Below are positions 1 through 8,862 of a DNA stretch of 24,436 bases, piece after piece (the stretch's first letter is position 1; each line of letters starts with the position of its first letter). Under the pieces are notes generated by a model that worked only from the letters and a program-made list of their open reading frames with translations, ran no database searches and was not told the DNA's origin. Position numbers and translations under genes: made by a program. Source of the stretch: a candidate division WOR-3 bacterium. Lineage in GTDB: Bacteria > Hydrothermota > Tepidihabitantia > Tepidihabitantales > CAIPLT01. The DNA is taken from contig CBFGJZ010000019.1 in assembly GCA_965649215.1 (NCBI GenBank), positions 1 to 24,436 of the forward strand, given 5' to 3'.

Positions 1-2321
1 GTAGTAATCCAACTATCACCCACCACATCATAAGCTAAGAAATTCTTCTCATTCGCTTTCTGACCACCGACTAATACATACACATAACCGTTATGATACT
101 GTAAAGCAGTCCCACCTTTAAATGCCTTAGGTATCGGTGCATAACTGACCAGTCGCCATTGATTTCTAATCGTATTATAGGCCCACAATTCTTTTGTACC
201 ATTACCTTTTGTCGCATAGATAAGGGAATCACCATTATAACACAATGCCGCACCTTTACCAACTGGTTTCTTATTGTATTTCATCGTCTCTGGTGGTGGT
301 TTTAAAGTATCTGGAATTGGTGCCATTGAATCCCAAACATGATTGCGATAACGATACAGATAACGTGATTTATTGCCATAAAACGCATACAGGTCAGAAC
401 CAACACCAACTAAAGCACCGCCATCTTTAACAAATTTACCTGCCTTCTTATCTGGTGCTAATGGTAATGATTCAAGTTGTATCCAATAAATAAAAGAACT
501 AATTCCATTACCTGAAACACTTACTGTATCTGGCGAGCTTGTCGCATTATGAGTAAAAACGATATTGCCTGATTTGTTGCCAGTGCTATTCGGAGAAAAA
601 GTAACATAGAACTTTTTACTCGATTCGGGTTGAACACTACCACTCGTTGGACTCACACTGAACACAACATTGTCAGAAATGACCGAACTGATATTAAGCG
701 TCACCTCGCCATTATTATTAACAGTAATGCTATCGGTTTTAGAACTATCTACCGTAACATTACCAAAATTAATAACACTCGGCGTAACTGTAAAAGCAAT
801 CCCAGGCGGAATCGTAATCAAGTCCGCAGTCATTAAACTTCCCGAAGCACTGATATTTCTGACCGCAACATAACTTTTAACCGGCGACTTACTGCCATAA
901 TAAACCGAACTATTAGGCGTCGAATTAGTATCAAAATCAGGCGTGTTTTGCCAGGGGTCATTTGCGTCTCCCCAGTTTCCGTTTGTCCAACTATCCAAAT
1001 GGTCAATCGAACCCAAAGGAAAACCATCCTGGCATTCGACATCAACGCCATAATGCAAAGCGTCAGTATAACCAACTCTGGTATTGACATGATTGACGCT
1101 TCGGTTGGCTTGAATCATTATATCATCAACATGATAGATAATGAGTCCTGCCCCAGGAAGCGCAACGTCAAATTTTTTCTTTTGACGATTTTCCACAAGA
1201 AAATATTGCTGACAACTCGGCAGATTATAGGGAATCAATTTATACACAGTTGGCACAGATTCGACTGACGGAATTTGAGCGTTTAGTATTTTTGCGTTTT
1301 GAATCACGGTCGGCGATGCCCAACCACGGTCAATTTTACACCAGGCAGAAAAATGGCCTGGTTTTGAACCCCAAGGATTTCCCAACCAATCCGCACTCGC
1401 CATTAAACACCAATAACCAAGACCATTACCATAACCATTAGTTTCTTTATCATAATCATATAAATCAGGCAGACCAAAATCATGACCAATTTCATGCGCA
1501 ACTAATCCTTGACCGATTATTGTATTAGACAGTGATTTTTCGCCTATTAATATATATCCATAACCTTTGACCGACCCACCAACACATAAACGACCATTCA
1601 ATGGCCAACAAGAACAATAATCGTTGGATTTATAACCATCGCCAGGCATATACCAATGATGACGCCAAGTTTTAGGACGTGGTGCGGTTGAAGAATAACT
1701 CGCTTCATATCCAGCCACGACAATAATTACATGAACGAATGAATATCCAAGGTATTCTGTACCCGAACCGTAATGTTCATGGTCAAATTGGGCAAAATTC
1801 ACATTTGAGTCCGCTTTTTGACAAGCTAAATATGCAAGTTGTTTGCTTAAATGCCAGGAATTGCGCCAATTGGGTCCCATCCAGGGCATACCTGGTAAAC
1901 TTTCACCAAGTCGGTTTTGCCATAAACTATCATAAGTCGTGCACGGATGATTAAACGGCATTCGATACCAGCCAACCACACCGTTATTATTTGGCAGAGA
2001 ATTTTCCTGTGCGCCGACCAGACTGACACTGTTGTTTGTCGCTTCGAGATAATAATCTCTTGTGCTCATACCCGGAGAGTTAGTTGATAAAAGATATTTT
2101 TGCCAGGAATCTTGCGGAATTGTACCCGCACAATTTAAAAAATCAACCAGAATCACCAGTGTATTTTCACCAACGCGCATTGATTGAGAAGCAAGCGCTG
2201 AGAGCGGAGTTGGATATGATTGAATCTCCGAAACTGAACCATCCTGTCCAATACAGGCAATAAGCAAATTAAATGTAAAGAGAAATAATATTAATGAGAC
2301 ACGGATAAGTATACTTAACAT
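1..2321 (-). CDS. Secreted M6-family (immune inhibitor A-like) metalloprotease with Ig-like (choice-of-anchor D type) domain and Kelch-like repeats; 3' end runs off the window
   Basis: Manual translation from ATG 2321 (SD GGAGGT at 2329-2334) stays in one frame with no stop in the stretches I read, down to the window edge. Hydrophobic N-terminus MLSILIRVSLILFLFTFNLLIAC; M6 motifs LVILVDF, GVVGWY, HEIGHDFGLPDLYD (~1455-1496), GYWCLMA, QYFLVENRQ; Ig-like INFGNVTV...VTFSP...VSVSGNG (~510-780); Kelch-like KDGGAL / YVLVGG...YDVVGDSW (<490). Absent from the ORF track, presumably because no stop lies in the window. Confidence 0.9.
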   Translation of the reverse strand, partial: MLSILIRVSLILFLFTFNLLIACIGQDGSVSEIQSYPTPLSALASQSMRVGENTLVILVDFLNCAGTIPQDSWQKYLLSTNSPGMSTRDYYLEATNNSVSLVGAQENSLPNNNGVVGWYRMPFNHPCTTYDSLWQNRLGESLPGMPWMGPNWRNSWHLSKQLAYLACQKADSNVNFAQFDHEHYGSGTEYLGYSFVHVIIVVAGYEASYSSTAPRPKTWRHHWYMPGDGYKSNDYCSCWPLNGRLCVGGSVKGYGYILIGEKSLSNTIIGQGLVAHEIGHDFGLPDLYDYDKETNGYGNGLGYWCLMASADWLGNPWGSKPGHFSAWCKIDRGWASPTVIQNAKILNAQIPSVESVPTVYKLIPYNLPSCQQYFLVENRQKKKFDVALPGAGLIIYHVDDIMIQANRSVNHVNTRVGYTDALHYGVDVECQDGFPLGSIDHLDSWTNGNWGDANDPWQNTPDFDTNSTPNSSVYYGSKSPVKSYVAVRNISASGSLMTADLITIPPGIAFTVTPSVINFGNVTVDSSKTDSITVNNNGEVTLNISSVISDNVVFSVSPTSGSVQPESSKKFYVTFSPNSTGNKSGNIVFTHNATSSPDTVSVSGNGISSFIYWIQLESLPLAPDKKAGKFVKDGGALVGVGSDLYAFYGNKSRYLYRYRNHVWDSMAPIPDTLKPPPETMKYNKKPVGKGAALCYNGDSLIYATKGNGTKELWAYNTIRNQWRLVSYAPIPKAFKGGTALQYHNGYVYVLVGGQKANEKNFLAYDVVGDSWIT

Positions 2322-2388
2322 AACGATTACCTCCTCAGCGGCTTAGCTCCTTATACCTACCGCTTTAATAATGTTATGTTCTTGCTAT

Positions 2389-2416
2389 ATTGTGAGTCGA
2401 ATCGTCAGCTTGTCAA
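2389..2416 (-). promoter_or_regulatory. Putative sigma70 promoter for the M6 protease gene
   Basis: Minus strand TTGACA (2416-2411), 16 nt, CACAAT (2394-2389). Confidence 0.5.
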
Positions 2417-2432
2417 GAGTTTTGTTAATAAA

Positions 2433-3317
2433 CTATAACTTTTTACCCGTAATTTTTTCAAATGCCAGTTGATATTTTTCTTGAGTTTTTATAATTACAT
2501 CTTGGGGTAATTTTGGGATTGGCGGTTTTTTATCCCAATTGATACTAATTAAATAATCCCGAACGAATTGTTTATCAAAACTGGGTGGTGAAATACCAAC
2601 TTTATATTCATTGATATCCCAAAATCGTGATGAATCAGGCGTTAACAGTTCATCGATTAAAACTAATTCGTTATCTAATAAACCAAATTCCATTTTCGTA
2701 TCGGCAATAATAATTCCTTTTGATTCAGCATATTTACTTGCTTTGACAAAAATTTCTAAACAGACATCTTTTATCCGATTGGCCAAATCACTACCAATCA
2801 AATCAACAACCTTGGCAAAAGAAATATTCTCATCGTGCCCTGCGTCGGCTTTTGTAGAAGGAGTAAAAATCGGTTCGCTTAACTTAGCTGATTGTTTAAG
2901 TCCAGCAGGTAATGGAATACCGCAAACCGTACCCGATTTTTGATACTCCTGCCAACCTGTCCCTGATAAATATCCGCGCACAATACATTCAATCGGTAGT
3001 GGTTTAGTCTTTTTAACAAGCATTGAACGATCCTTCAAAATTTCCTTATATTCTTGTAATTCTGGTGGAAATTCATAAATATTAGTGGTGATAAGATGAT
3101 TCGGAACACTTTCTTTAGTAAACTCAAACCAGAAACGAGAAAGACCCGTCAAAATTTTCCCTTTATTAGGAATCCCATCTTGTAAAACTACATCAAATGT
3201 TGAAATCCGATCTGTCGCAACAATCAAAAGCTTCTCTTCCAAATCATAAACATCCCGCACTTTACCTTTTTTATACAACTTAACATTTTTTAAATTCGTT
3301 TCCGTAACAATATTCAT
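2433..3317 (-). CDS. purC: Phosphoribosylaminoimidazolesuccinocarboxamide (SAICAR) synthase
   Basis: GKVRDVY, ATDRISTFD, ECIVRGYLSG, IADTKMEFG, DELLTPDSSRFW, DKQFVRD motifs. Confidence 0.97.
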   Translation of the reverse strand: MNIVTETNLKNVKLYKKGKVRDVYDLEEKLLIVATDRISTFDVVLQDGIPNKGKILTGLSRFWFEFTKESVPNHLITTNIYEFPPELQEYKEILKDRSMLVKKTKPLPIECIVRGYLSGTGWQEYQKSGTVCGIPLPAGLKQSAKLSEPIFTPSTKADAGHDENISFAKVVDLIGSDLANRIKDVCLEIFVKASKYAESKGIIIADTKMEFGLLDNELVLIDELLTPDSSRFWDINEYKVGISPPSFDKQFVRDYLISINWDKKPPIPKLPQDVIIKTQEKYQLAFEKITGKKL

Positions 3318-3998
3318 TCATTTACTCCTTATTTTTTTACCAACGGGCATAATATACGCAGGCTCTTCTTTAATACCCAAAATACTTTTAACTAAAGAGT
3401 CCTGAAAGGCACCAATCACTACTGTCCCTAAACCTAATGCCTCGGCTTGGAGATGAATATTTTGTCCGCAATGACCAACTTCATTATCGGCATACCGTCG
3501 ACCCCGATTACCATAACGTTGGATTGTGCGTTCATATTTCACTGCAATAATAATACTTGCTGGTGCTTTTTCAATATAATTCTGCTGCCAAGCTGCTTTA
3601 GTTAATTCTTCTCTTTTATCTTGTGCAGATAATTTCTGAAGTTCGTGCGTCTGCCATAGATAATGATAAAAACCACTTTCTAAACCTTTGACCTTACCTG
3701 CCACTAAGTATATTTCCAAAGGATAAGTTGCTCCTGCTGACGGCACAGTCCGACCGCCCCAATCTGCGGTTTTACCACCTGCTGCCCACAGAATTTGACC
3801 AATCTCTTGTAAGCTTAATGCTTCATCTTGATATTCTCGAATTGACCGCCGATTCAAAATTGCCTGTTCAACACTGATTTCGCTTGTTAATCGAACTGTC
3901 GGCAATTTCATTTTACCTCCTATGCTTAAAGCACATAAATTAATAACTAAAACAGGCGAGTAAATAATAAGCAATCCGTGTTTAATATTAAGTTGCAT
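3318..3998 (-). CDS. SagB/ThcOx-family nitroreductase-like (FMN) dehydrogenase; alternative start at 3911
   Basis: RRSIREY, RTVPSAGATYPLEIY, EVGHCGQNIHLQAEALGLGTVVIGAF. GGAGGT lies just upstream of ATG 3911, so the start is uncertain. Confidence 0.88.
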   Translation of the reverse strand: MQLNIKHGLLIIYSPVLVINLCALSIGGKMKLPTVRLTSEISVEQAILNRRSIREYQDEALSLQEIGQILWAAGGKTADWGGRTVPSAGATYPLEIYLVAGKVKGLESGFYHYLWQTHELQKLSAQDKREELTKAAWQQNYIEKAPASIIIAVKYERTIQRYGNRGRRYADNEVGHCGQNIHLQAEALGLGTVVIGAFQDSLVKSILGIKEEPAYIMPVGKKIRSK

Positions 3999-4437
3999 TC
4001 AATGATTTTTTATATTGTATTAATTTATCTTTAACTTTTTTATTATATAAACCAACAATTTCGGCGGCGAAAATTGCTGCATTGATTGCACCTGCTAATC
4101 CAATTGCCATTGTTGCGACGGGTACACCCTTTGGCATCTGAGCAATTGACAAAAGCGAATCCAGACCCGATAATTCAGATTTTATCGGTACTCCAATCAC
4201 AGGAATAATTGTGTATGCAGCAATTACACCGGGCAAAGCCGCTGCTCCTCCTGCTCCTGCAATAATCACTTCAATTTTTCTCTTCTCTGCATTTTGAGCG
4301 AATTTGCGAACAATTTCAGGATTACGATGGGCTGACATTATTTTAATTTCTGAGGCAATACCTAACTCTTTTAATTTCTTTGCGGTTTCTTCCATAATTG
4401 GTAAATCCGATTTACTCCCCATGACAATACTGACCAT
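3988..4437 (-). CDS. purE: N5-carboxyaminoimidazole ribonucleotide mutase
   Basis: IVMGSKSD, SAHRNP, IAGAGGAAALPG, QMPKGVPVAT; SD AAGGAG upstream. Confidence 0.96.
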   Translation of the reverse strand: MVSIVMGSKSDLPIMEETAKKLKELGIASEIKIMSAHRNPEIVRKFAQNAEKRKIEVIIAGAGGAAALPGVIAAYTIIPVIGVPIKSELSGLDSLLSIAQMPKGVPVATMAIGLAGAINAAIFAAEIVGLYNKKVKDKLIQYKKSLNAT

Positions 4438-4460
4438 ATAACTCCTTTTTGTTAATTAAA

Positions 4461-4964
4461 CTAAAATTTCTTAAACTTTTCTTTCGGTAAATTGCAGACT
4501 GGACATTTTTCTGGCGGTGTTCCAATATGCGTATAGCCACAAACTGGACAAATATATATTTCGTCTAATTTAATGTCTTCGCCTTTCTGAACACTCTCTT
4601 TGGCCTGTTTATAGAACTGAGCATGAATTTTTTCTGCGGCTAATGCATAATTAATAGCTAGCTCAGCTCCGCTTTCTTTTTGGAGCACTGCGGTGGCTAA
4701 ATAAGCAGGATACATCTCTTCGATTTCAAAGGTTTCACCATTAATACCGGTTTCTAAATTCTCTGCGGTATTCTTAAGATATCCTAAATTACGCGCATGA
4801 TTGCGTGCGTGCGCAAGTTCAGCATAAGCGATTGCCTTGAACAATCGACTAACATTAGGATAACCATCTTTTTCTGCAATCTCAGCAAATATTAAATATT
4901 TCATATGGGCCATTGACTCACCCGCAAAGGCTTCACTTAATGCTTTCTTTGTCATTTCTTTCAT
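4461..4964 (-). CDS. rbr: Rubrerythrin
   Basis: AFAGES, ExxHA diiron motifs (ELAHA, EKIHA), C-terminal rubredoxin-like CPVCG...CPVC; SD GGAGG. Confidence 0.93.
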   Translation of the reverse strand: MKEMTKKALSEAFAGESMAHMKYLIFAEIAEKDGYPNVSRLFKAIAYAELAHARNHARNLGYLKNTAENLETGINGETFEIEEMYPAYLATAVLQKESGAELAINYALAAEKIHAQFYKQAKESVQKGEDIKLDEIYICPVCGYTHIGTPPEKCPVCNLPKEKFKKF

Positions 4965-4996
4965 TTACGCCTCCATTGATTTATTTTTTGTACTAC

Positions 4997-5025
4997 ATTA
5001 TAATGGACAAAAATACTTTCGTCAA
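4997..5025 (-). promoter_or_regulatory. Putative sigma70 promoter for the rbr-purE-nitroreductase-purC cluster
   Basis: Minus strand TTGACG (5025-5020), 17 nt, TATAAT (5002-4997). Confidence 0.7.
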
Positions 5026-5368
5026 CCACACTCGTTTCTTATTAATTATTACTTATTGACCATAAGATAAAAATAATGTTAAAAAATAGAGGATTTAATA
5101 TAATACTACAAAAAACATTTTGGGTTGTGGTTGTTTCTAGCGGACAGAAAGAAAAAATTAAATAACACCGGTTGGCCAAATAGTTTACATGAATCACCAT
5201 CTCATTTAACTTTTACAAAATTTCAAAGCCATAAACGGTTAGGGGAAAGAATTTATATTTATTTTAGAACACCAGTTGAGCATAAACATGTCTCCTAAAA
5301 ACGCAAATACAACATGCAAAGATTCACTTAACCAGGATAACATATTCTATAAAATTTTTATAAGAGAA

Positions 5369-5396
5369 TTGACTTAATTTTTAACAGAGATACAAT
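5369..5396 (+). promoter_or_regulatory. Putative sigma70 promoter, leaderless larA-family mRNA
   Basis: TTGACT (5369-5374), 16 nt, TACAAT (5391-5396); ATG 6 nt downstream, no SD. Confidence 0.65.
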
Positions 5397-5402
5397 TAAA
5401 AT

Positions 5403-6623
5403 ATGGTAATAAACTTATCTTATAGCAACGAGTCGCTGACTTTAGATATTCCAAAACAAAATCTTATTGGAATTTTAAACCCTAATCAAGTTCTTCAAAA
5501 ACCAGACATTGACATCGTTAATTTACAAAATAATCTGAGCCAATTTCTCAAAGGAAGTAAAAATATACTTGTCATTGTAAATGACTATACCCGTCCAACC
5601 CCAACTTCAGAAATAATATCCTTTATTGAGCCTATATTAAAAGAATATGAATTCCGTTTTATGGTTGCTTGTGGTTCTCATCGTGCTCCTTCTCAACAAG
5701 AGTTATTGCAAATTTTTGGAGAATATGCTGAAATTTACAAAAATAGAATAATCATTCACGACGCAAAAAATAACTTATCGTTAAAATTTCTTGGTAAGAC
5801 TAAAAGAGGCACTCCGATTTGGTTAAACCAAGCAGTCTGGCAGGCAGATAAAATCATCACCATTAATTCGGTAGAACCTCATTATTTTGCTGGCTTTACT
5901 GGAGGCAGAAAATCGTTTATACCAGGGGTTGCTGGCTTACAGACAATCACGGCAAACCATAAATTAGCTTTGCATCCGCAAGCAAAAACTTTAGCTTTAA
6001 AGAACAACCCAGTACATGAAGATATGACTGAAATCACTACGATGATACCAAGAGAAATATTTTCTATTCAAACTGTTATTAATAACGAACATAAATTACA
6101 CTCAATTCATTATGGAGATGTCTTCGCTTCATTTGAAAGCGCAGTTAACGAAGCTAAGAAAATATTCTGTGTACCAATTAAAAACCCTGTTGACATAGTC
6201 ATCGCTTTAATCCAACCACCTTATGATATTAATTTTTATCAATCTCAAAAAGCAATTGAAAATGCAAAATTAGCCTTAAAAGAAAATGGAATAATGATTG
6301 TGATATCAAAGTGCCGAGAAGGCATTGGCGATGATGAATTTATTAAGGTTCTAACTGCTACCAACGATCTGCAATTAATTTTAAATAAATTAAAAGAAGA
6401 CTTTAAACTGGGATATCAAAAAACAGCTAAATTGATAGAGACTCTAAAGTATTTTGAAATATGGACAGTTATGCCAATAGCTGAAAATATTATAAAAAGT
6501 GTCTACATGAAACCTTTTATTGACCCCAATTATGCAACAGAAAAAGCATTAACACTTAAAGGGAAGAACGCTCAAATTCTTATTATGTCTGATGCAAGTC
6601 TTACCGTACCTTTACTTGAATAG
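5403..6623 (+). CDS. larA: Nickel-pincer-dependent lactate racemase family protein (LarA homolog)
   Basis: NDYTRPTP, GSHR, EPHYFAGFTGGRKS, NH, FYQSQKA motifs typical of the LarA family; substrate cannot be assigned. Confidence 0.85.
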   Translation: MVINLSYSNESLTLDIPKQNLIGILNPNQVLQKPDIDIVNLQNNLSQFLKGSKNILVIVNDYTRPTPTSEIISFIEPILKEYEFRFMVACGSHRAPSQQELLQIFGEYAEIYKNRIIIHDAKNNLSLKFLGKTKRGTPIWLNQAVWQADKIITINSVEPHYFAGFTGGRKSFIPGVAGLQTITANHKLALHPQAKTLALKNNPVHEDMTEITTMIPREIFSIQTVINNEHKLHSIHYGDVFASFESAVNEAKKIFCVPIKNPVDIVIALIQPPYDINFYQSQKAIENAKLALKENGIMIVISKCREGIGDDEFIKVLTATNDLQLILNKLKEDFKLGYQKTAKLIETLKYFEIWTVMPIAENIIKSVYMKPFIDPNYATEKALTLKGKNAQILIMSDASLTVPLLE

Positions 6624-6639
6624 TTTAAATTAATTAATC

Positions 6640-7200
6640 TTAATTGTGCAACACAAAAATTACTACTTGTTCTGCTGAAGCATCATATCCGCGAATCGAT
6701 GAACCGGAACCATCCATTCCTACTAATCCCCATAAAGTTGCTCGACTTGCGCCTGGTGGATAATAAACCGCATAGCGCATCTCGCCGGCATTGTAACCAT
6801 ATTCATCATTTGGTCCACCAACTGTTGTGTTACTTACATCTTCAACCGCATCGTAATAATCAGGATTGAATTCATCTTCTTCTAAAGGAAGACCAGTCCA
6901 AGGGTTCGTTGGTAATTTACCCATCACGGGTGGATCAGCGTTGGGGTCTCCTCCGGGAAAATAACTACCATATTCATCATCATAAAAATCTTCTGCATAA
7001 TAACCTTTTTCAGCATGAAAGGTTTCAATTACGGTCGCAACATTATGCATATTCATTTTTTGGGCAGTAATTCGTGCTCGCTCTCGAACGGAACTGTAAT
7101 TGGGAATAGAAAACCCCAACAGAATACCCAAAATCAAAATCACACTTAGCAGCTCAATTAAAGTAAACCCAAGCTCTTTACCAAATATTGTATTTTTCAT
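6640..7200 (-). CDS. Prepilin-type N-terminal cleavage/methylation domain protein (type IV pilin or T2SS pseudopilin-like)
   Basis: Class III signal G|FTLIELLSVILILGIL, then P...RERAR amphipathic helix and PTNPWTG. Confidence 0.88.
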   Translation of the reverse strand: MKNTIFGKELGFTLIELLSVILILGILLGFSIPNYSSVRERARITAQKMNMHNVATVIETFHAEKGYYAEDFYDDEYGSYFPGGDPNADPPVMGKLPTNPWTGLPLEEDEFNPDYYDAVEDVSNTTVGGPNDEYGYNAGEMRYAVYYPPGASRATLWGLVGMDGSGSSIRGYDASAEQVVIFVLHN

Positions 7201-7208
7201 ATATTAAA

Positions 7209-7236
7209 ATTTTATATCCTAATCATAAAATGTCAA
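7209..7236 (-). promoter_or_regulatory. Putative sigma70 promoter for the prepilin gene (near-leaderless)
   Basis: Minus strand TTGACA (7236-7231), 16 nt, TAAAAT (7214-7209); ATG 8 nt downstream. Confidence 0.65.
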
Positions 7237-7281
7237 GAGTTAAACTAATTTGATAACTCTATGTTTTTACTATAAAAAATC

Positions 7282-7309
7282 TTGACATATCAAAAATTTT
7301 AAGTATAAT
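7282..7309 (+). promoter_or_regulatory. Consensus sigma70 promoter for rplR-secY
   Basis: TTGACA (7282-7287), 16 nt, TATAAT (7304-7309). Confidence 0.8.
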
Positions 7310-7320
7310 AAGTGTTTATT

Positions 7321-7701
7321 ATGAAAATAACAAAACAAAAAAGACGACATTTACGCATCCGTAAGCGGATTAGTGGTACTAAAGAACGTCCTCGTTTGTG
7401 CGTTAAAAGGAGCAATAAAAATATCTATGGTATTTTGGTTGATGATTCTCACAATCAAGTAATAACTCAAGTCTCAAGCTTAACCAAAGATTTACCAACC
7501 GATATTCTTAATGAACTTGACAGTCAAAAACAAAATCTAAGCGGTAAAACACGCACCGCTTATCAAGTTGGTTATGCACTCGCTCAAAAAGCCAAATCCC
7601 TAGGCATTACTAAAGTTGTCTTTGATCGCGCCGGCTATCGCTATCATGGTCGCATAAAAGCTTTAGCTGAAGGTGCTCGTAAAGGTGGATTAATCTTTTA
7701 G
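7321..7701 (+). CDS. rplR: 50S ribosomal protein L18
   Basis: RRHLRIRKRISGT.ERPRL, VVFDRAGYRYHGRIKALAEGARKGGL. ATG 7321 preferred over GTG 7312, which lies only 2 nt after the -10 box. Confidence 0.97.
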   Translation: MKITKQKRRHLRIRKRISGTKERPRLCVKRSNKNIYGILVDDSHNQVITQVSSLTKDLPTDILNELDSQKQNLSGKTRTAYQVGYALAQKAKSLGITKVVFDRAGYRYHGRIKALAEGARKGGLIF

Positions 7702-7713
7702 GAATATTAAATT

Positions 7714-8274
7714 ATGAAAGAAAATGAAGCTCCAATAACCACTGAAATAACCCAACCTGAATTTATTGAAAGGGTTATTTATATTAAAAGGGTATCCAAA
7801 GTAGTTAAAGGTGGTAAAAGAATGCGTATTGCTGCAGGTGTCATCGTTGGTGACGGTCAAGGTAGAGTTGGCATTGGTCATGGCAAGTCCGAAGAAGTTG
7901 CCTTAGCAGTTAGAAAAGCCGCTTCTCGCGCTAAGAAAAATTTTATGACAATCGCGGTAAGCGGTAGCACTATTCCTCACCCGACTACTGGTAAATACGG
8001 CGCCAGTAAAATCCTATTAAAACCTGCGCCAGTAGGAACTGGTCTTATTGCTTGTCCCCAAGTTCGTTCAGTTTTGGAAGCAGTTGGCCTCAAAGATGTT
8101 TATACCAAATCGCTCGGGTCAAATAATGCATTTAATTTAGCCATGGCAACCCTACGTGGTTTAAGCAAATTAAGAACCGCTCAAGAAATCGCTCAACTTC
8201 GGAACAAACCCATAGAATATATAACTGGTAAAGCAGTAAAAACCAATGAAAAAACTGAAGGTAACCTTAATTAA
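7714..8274 (+). CDS. rpsE: 30S ribosomal protein S5
   Basis: RVSKVVKGG, VGDGQGRVGIGHGKS.EV, TIPH, LKPAPVGTG, KSLGS.N; position after rplR. Confidence 0.97.
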   Translation: MKENEAPITTEITQPEFIERVIYIKRVSKVVKGGKRMRIAAGVIVGDGQGRVGIGHGKSEEVALAVRKAASRAKKNFMTIAVSGSTIPHPTTGKYGASKILLKPAPVGTGLIACPQVRSVLEAVGLKDVYTKSLGSNNAFNLAMATLRGLSKLRTAQEIAQLRNKPIEYITGKAVKTNEKTEGNLN

Positions 8275-8428
8275 AAGTACGATCGATCAAAAACCTGTAC
8301 ATAAAAAGAATGTGCGGGCATTAGGATTAACCAAACTCAATAGTTTTCGCATTCATAATGATACACCTCAAATTAGAGGTATGATTGAAAAAGTAAAACA
8401 TTTAGTAAAGGTAGAAAATGCAGATTAA
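8246..8428 (+). CDS. rpmD: 50S ribosomal protein L30
   Basis: LKVTLIKS, ALGL.K, DTPQIRGMI.KV.HLV; synteny. Confidence 0.95.
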   Translation: MKKLKVTLIKSTIDQKPVHKKNVRALGLTKLNSFRIHNDTPQIRGMIEKVKHLVKVENAD

Positions 8429-8852
8429 CTATTATCCTAAACCAGGTGCTACACACCGCCCAAAACGAGTAGGATGTGGTCCCAGTTCTGGTCATGGCAA
8501 GACATCGACTCGTGGTCATAAAGGCGCTGGTGCTCGGAAAGGTAAAGAGTTCGATGCTCGTTTTGAAGGTGGCCAAATGCCTTTGTATCGGAAAATACCG
8601 AAGCGCGGTTTCAAAAATCCAACTCGACAAGAATTTCAAGTTGTTAACTTACTAGATATCGAACGCGCAAAATTATCAGGATTTATCACTATTGATACTT
8701 TAAAAAAAGCAGGTTTAATTAAAAAAGCTTTGCCTGTTAAAATACTTGGCAAAGGTAAACTAACCACACCAATTTCGATTCAAGCTCATGCAATTTCTGC
8801 TTCGGCATTAAAACAAATCCAAGCGATTGGTGGTAAATTTGAAAAGATTTAG
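8418..8852 (+). CDS. rplO: 50S ribosomal protein L15
   Basis: SGHGKTSTRGHKG, FEGGQMPLYRKIPKRGF, VKILGKG. Confidence 0.97.
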   Translation: MQINYYPKPGATHRPKRVGCGPSSGHGKTSTRGHKGAGARKGKEFDARFEGGQMPLYRKIPKRGFKNPTRQEFQVVNLLDIERAKLSGFITIDTLKKAGLIKKALPVKILGKGKLTTPISIQAHAISASALKQIQAIGGKFEKI

Positions 8853-8862
8853 ATAAAACGAT

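Noticed and set aside
71-2029. Nine short ORFs in the track
   Set aside because: All overlap the long minus-strand M6 protease frame and have no recognisable motifs.
3318-3998. SagB/ThcOx gene as sign of a thiazole/oxazole RiPP cluster
   Set aside because: No YcaO, precursor peptide or transporter nearby; stand-alone members of this family are common.
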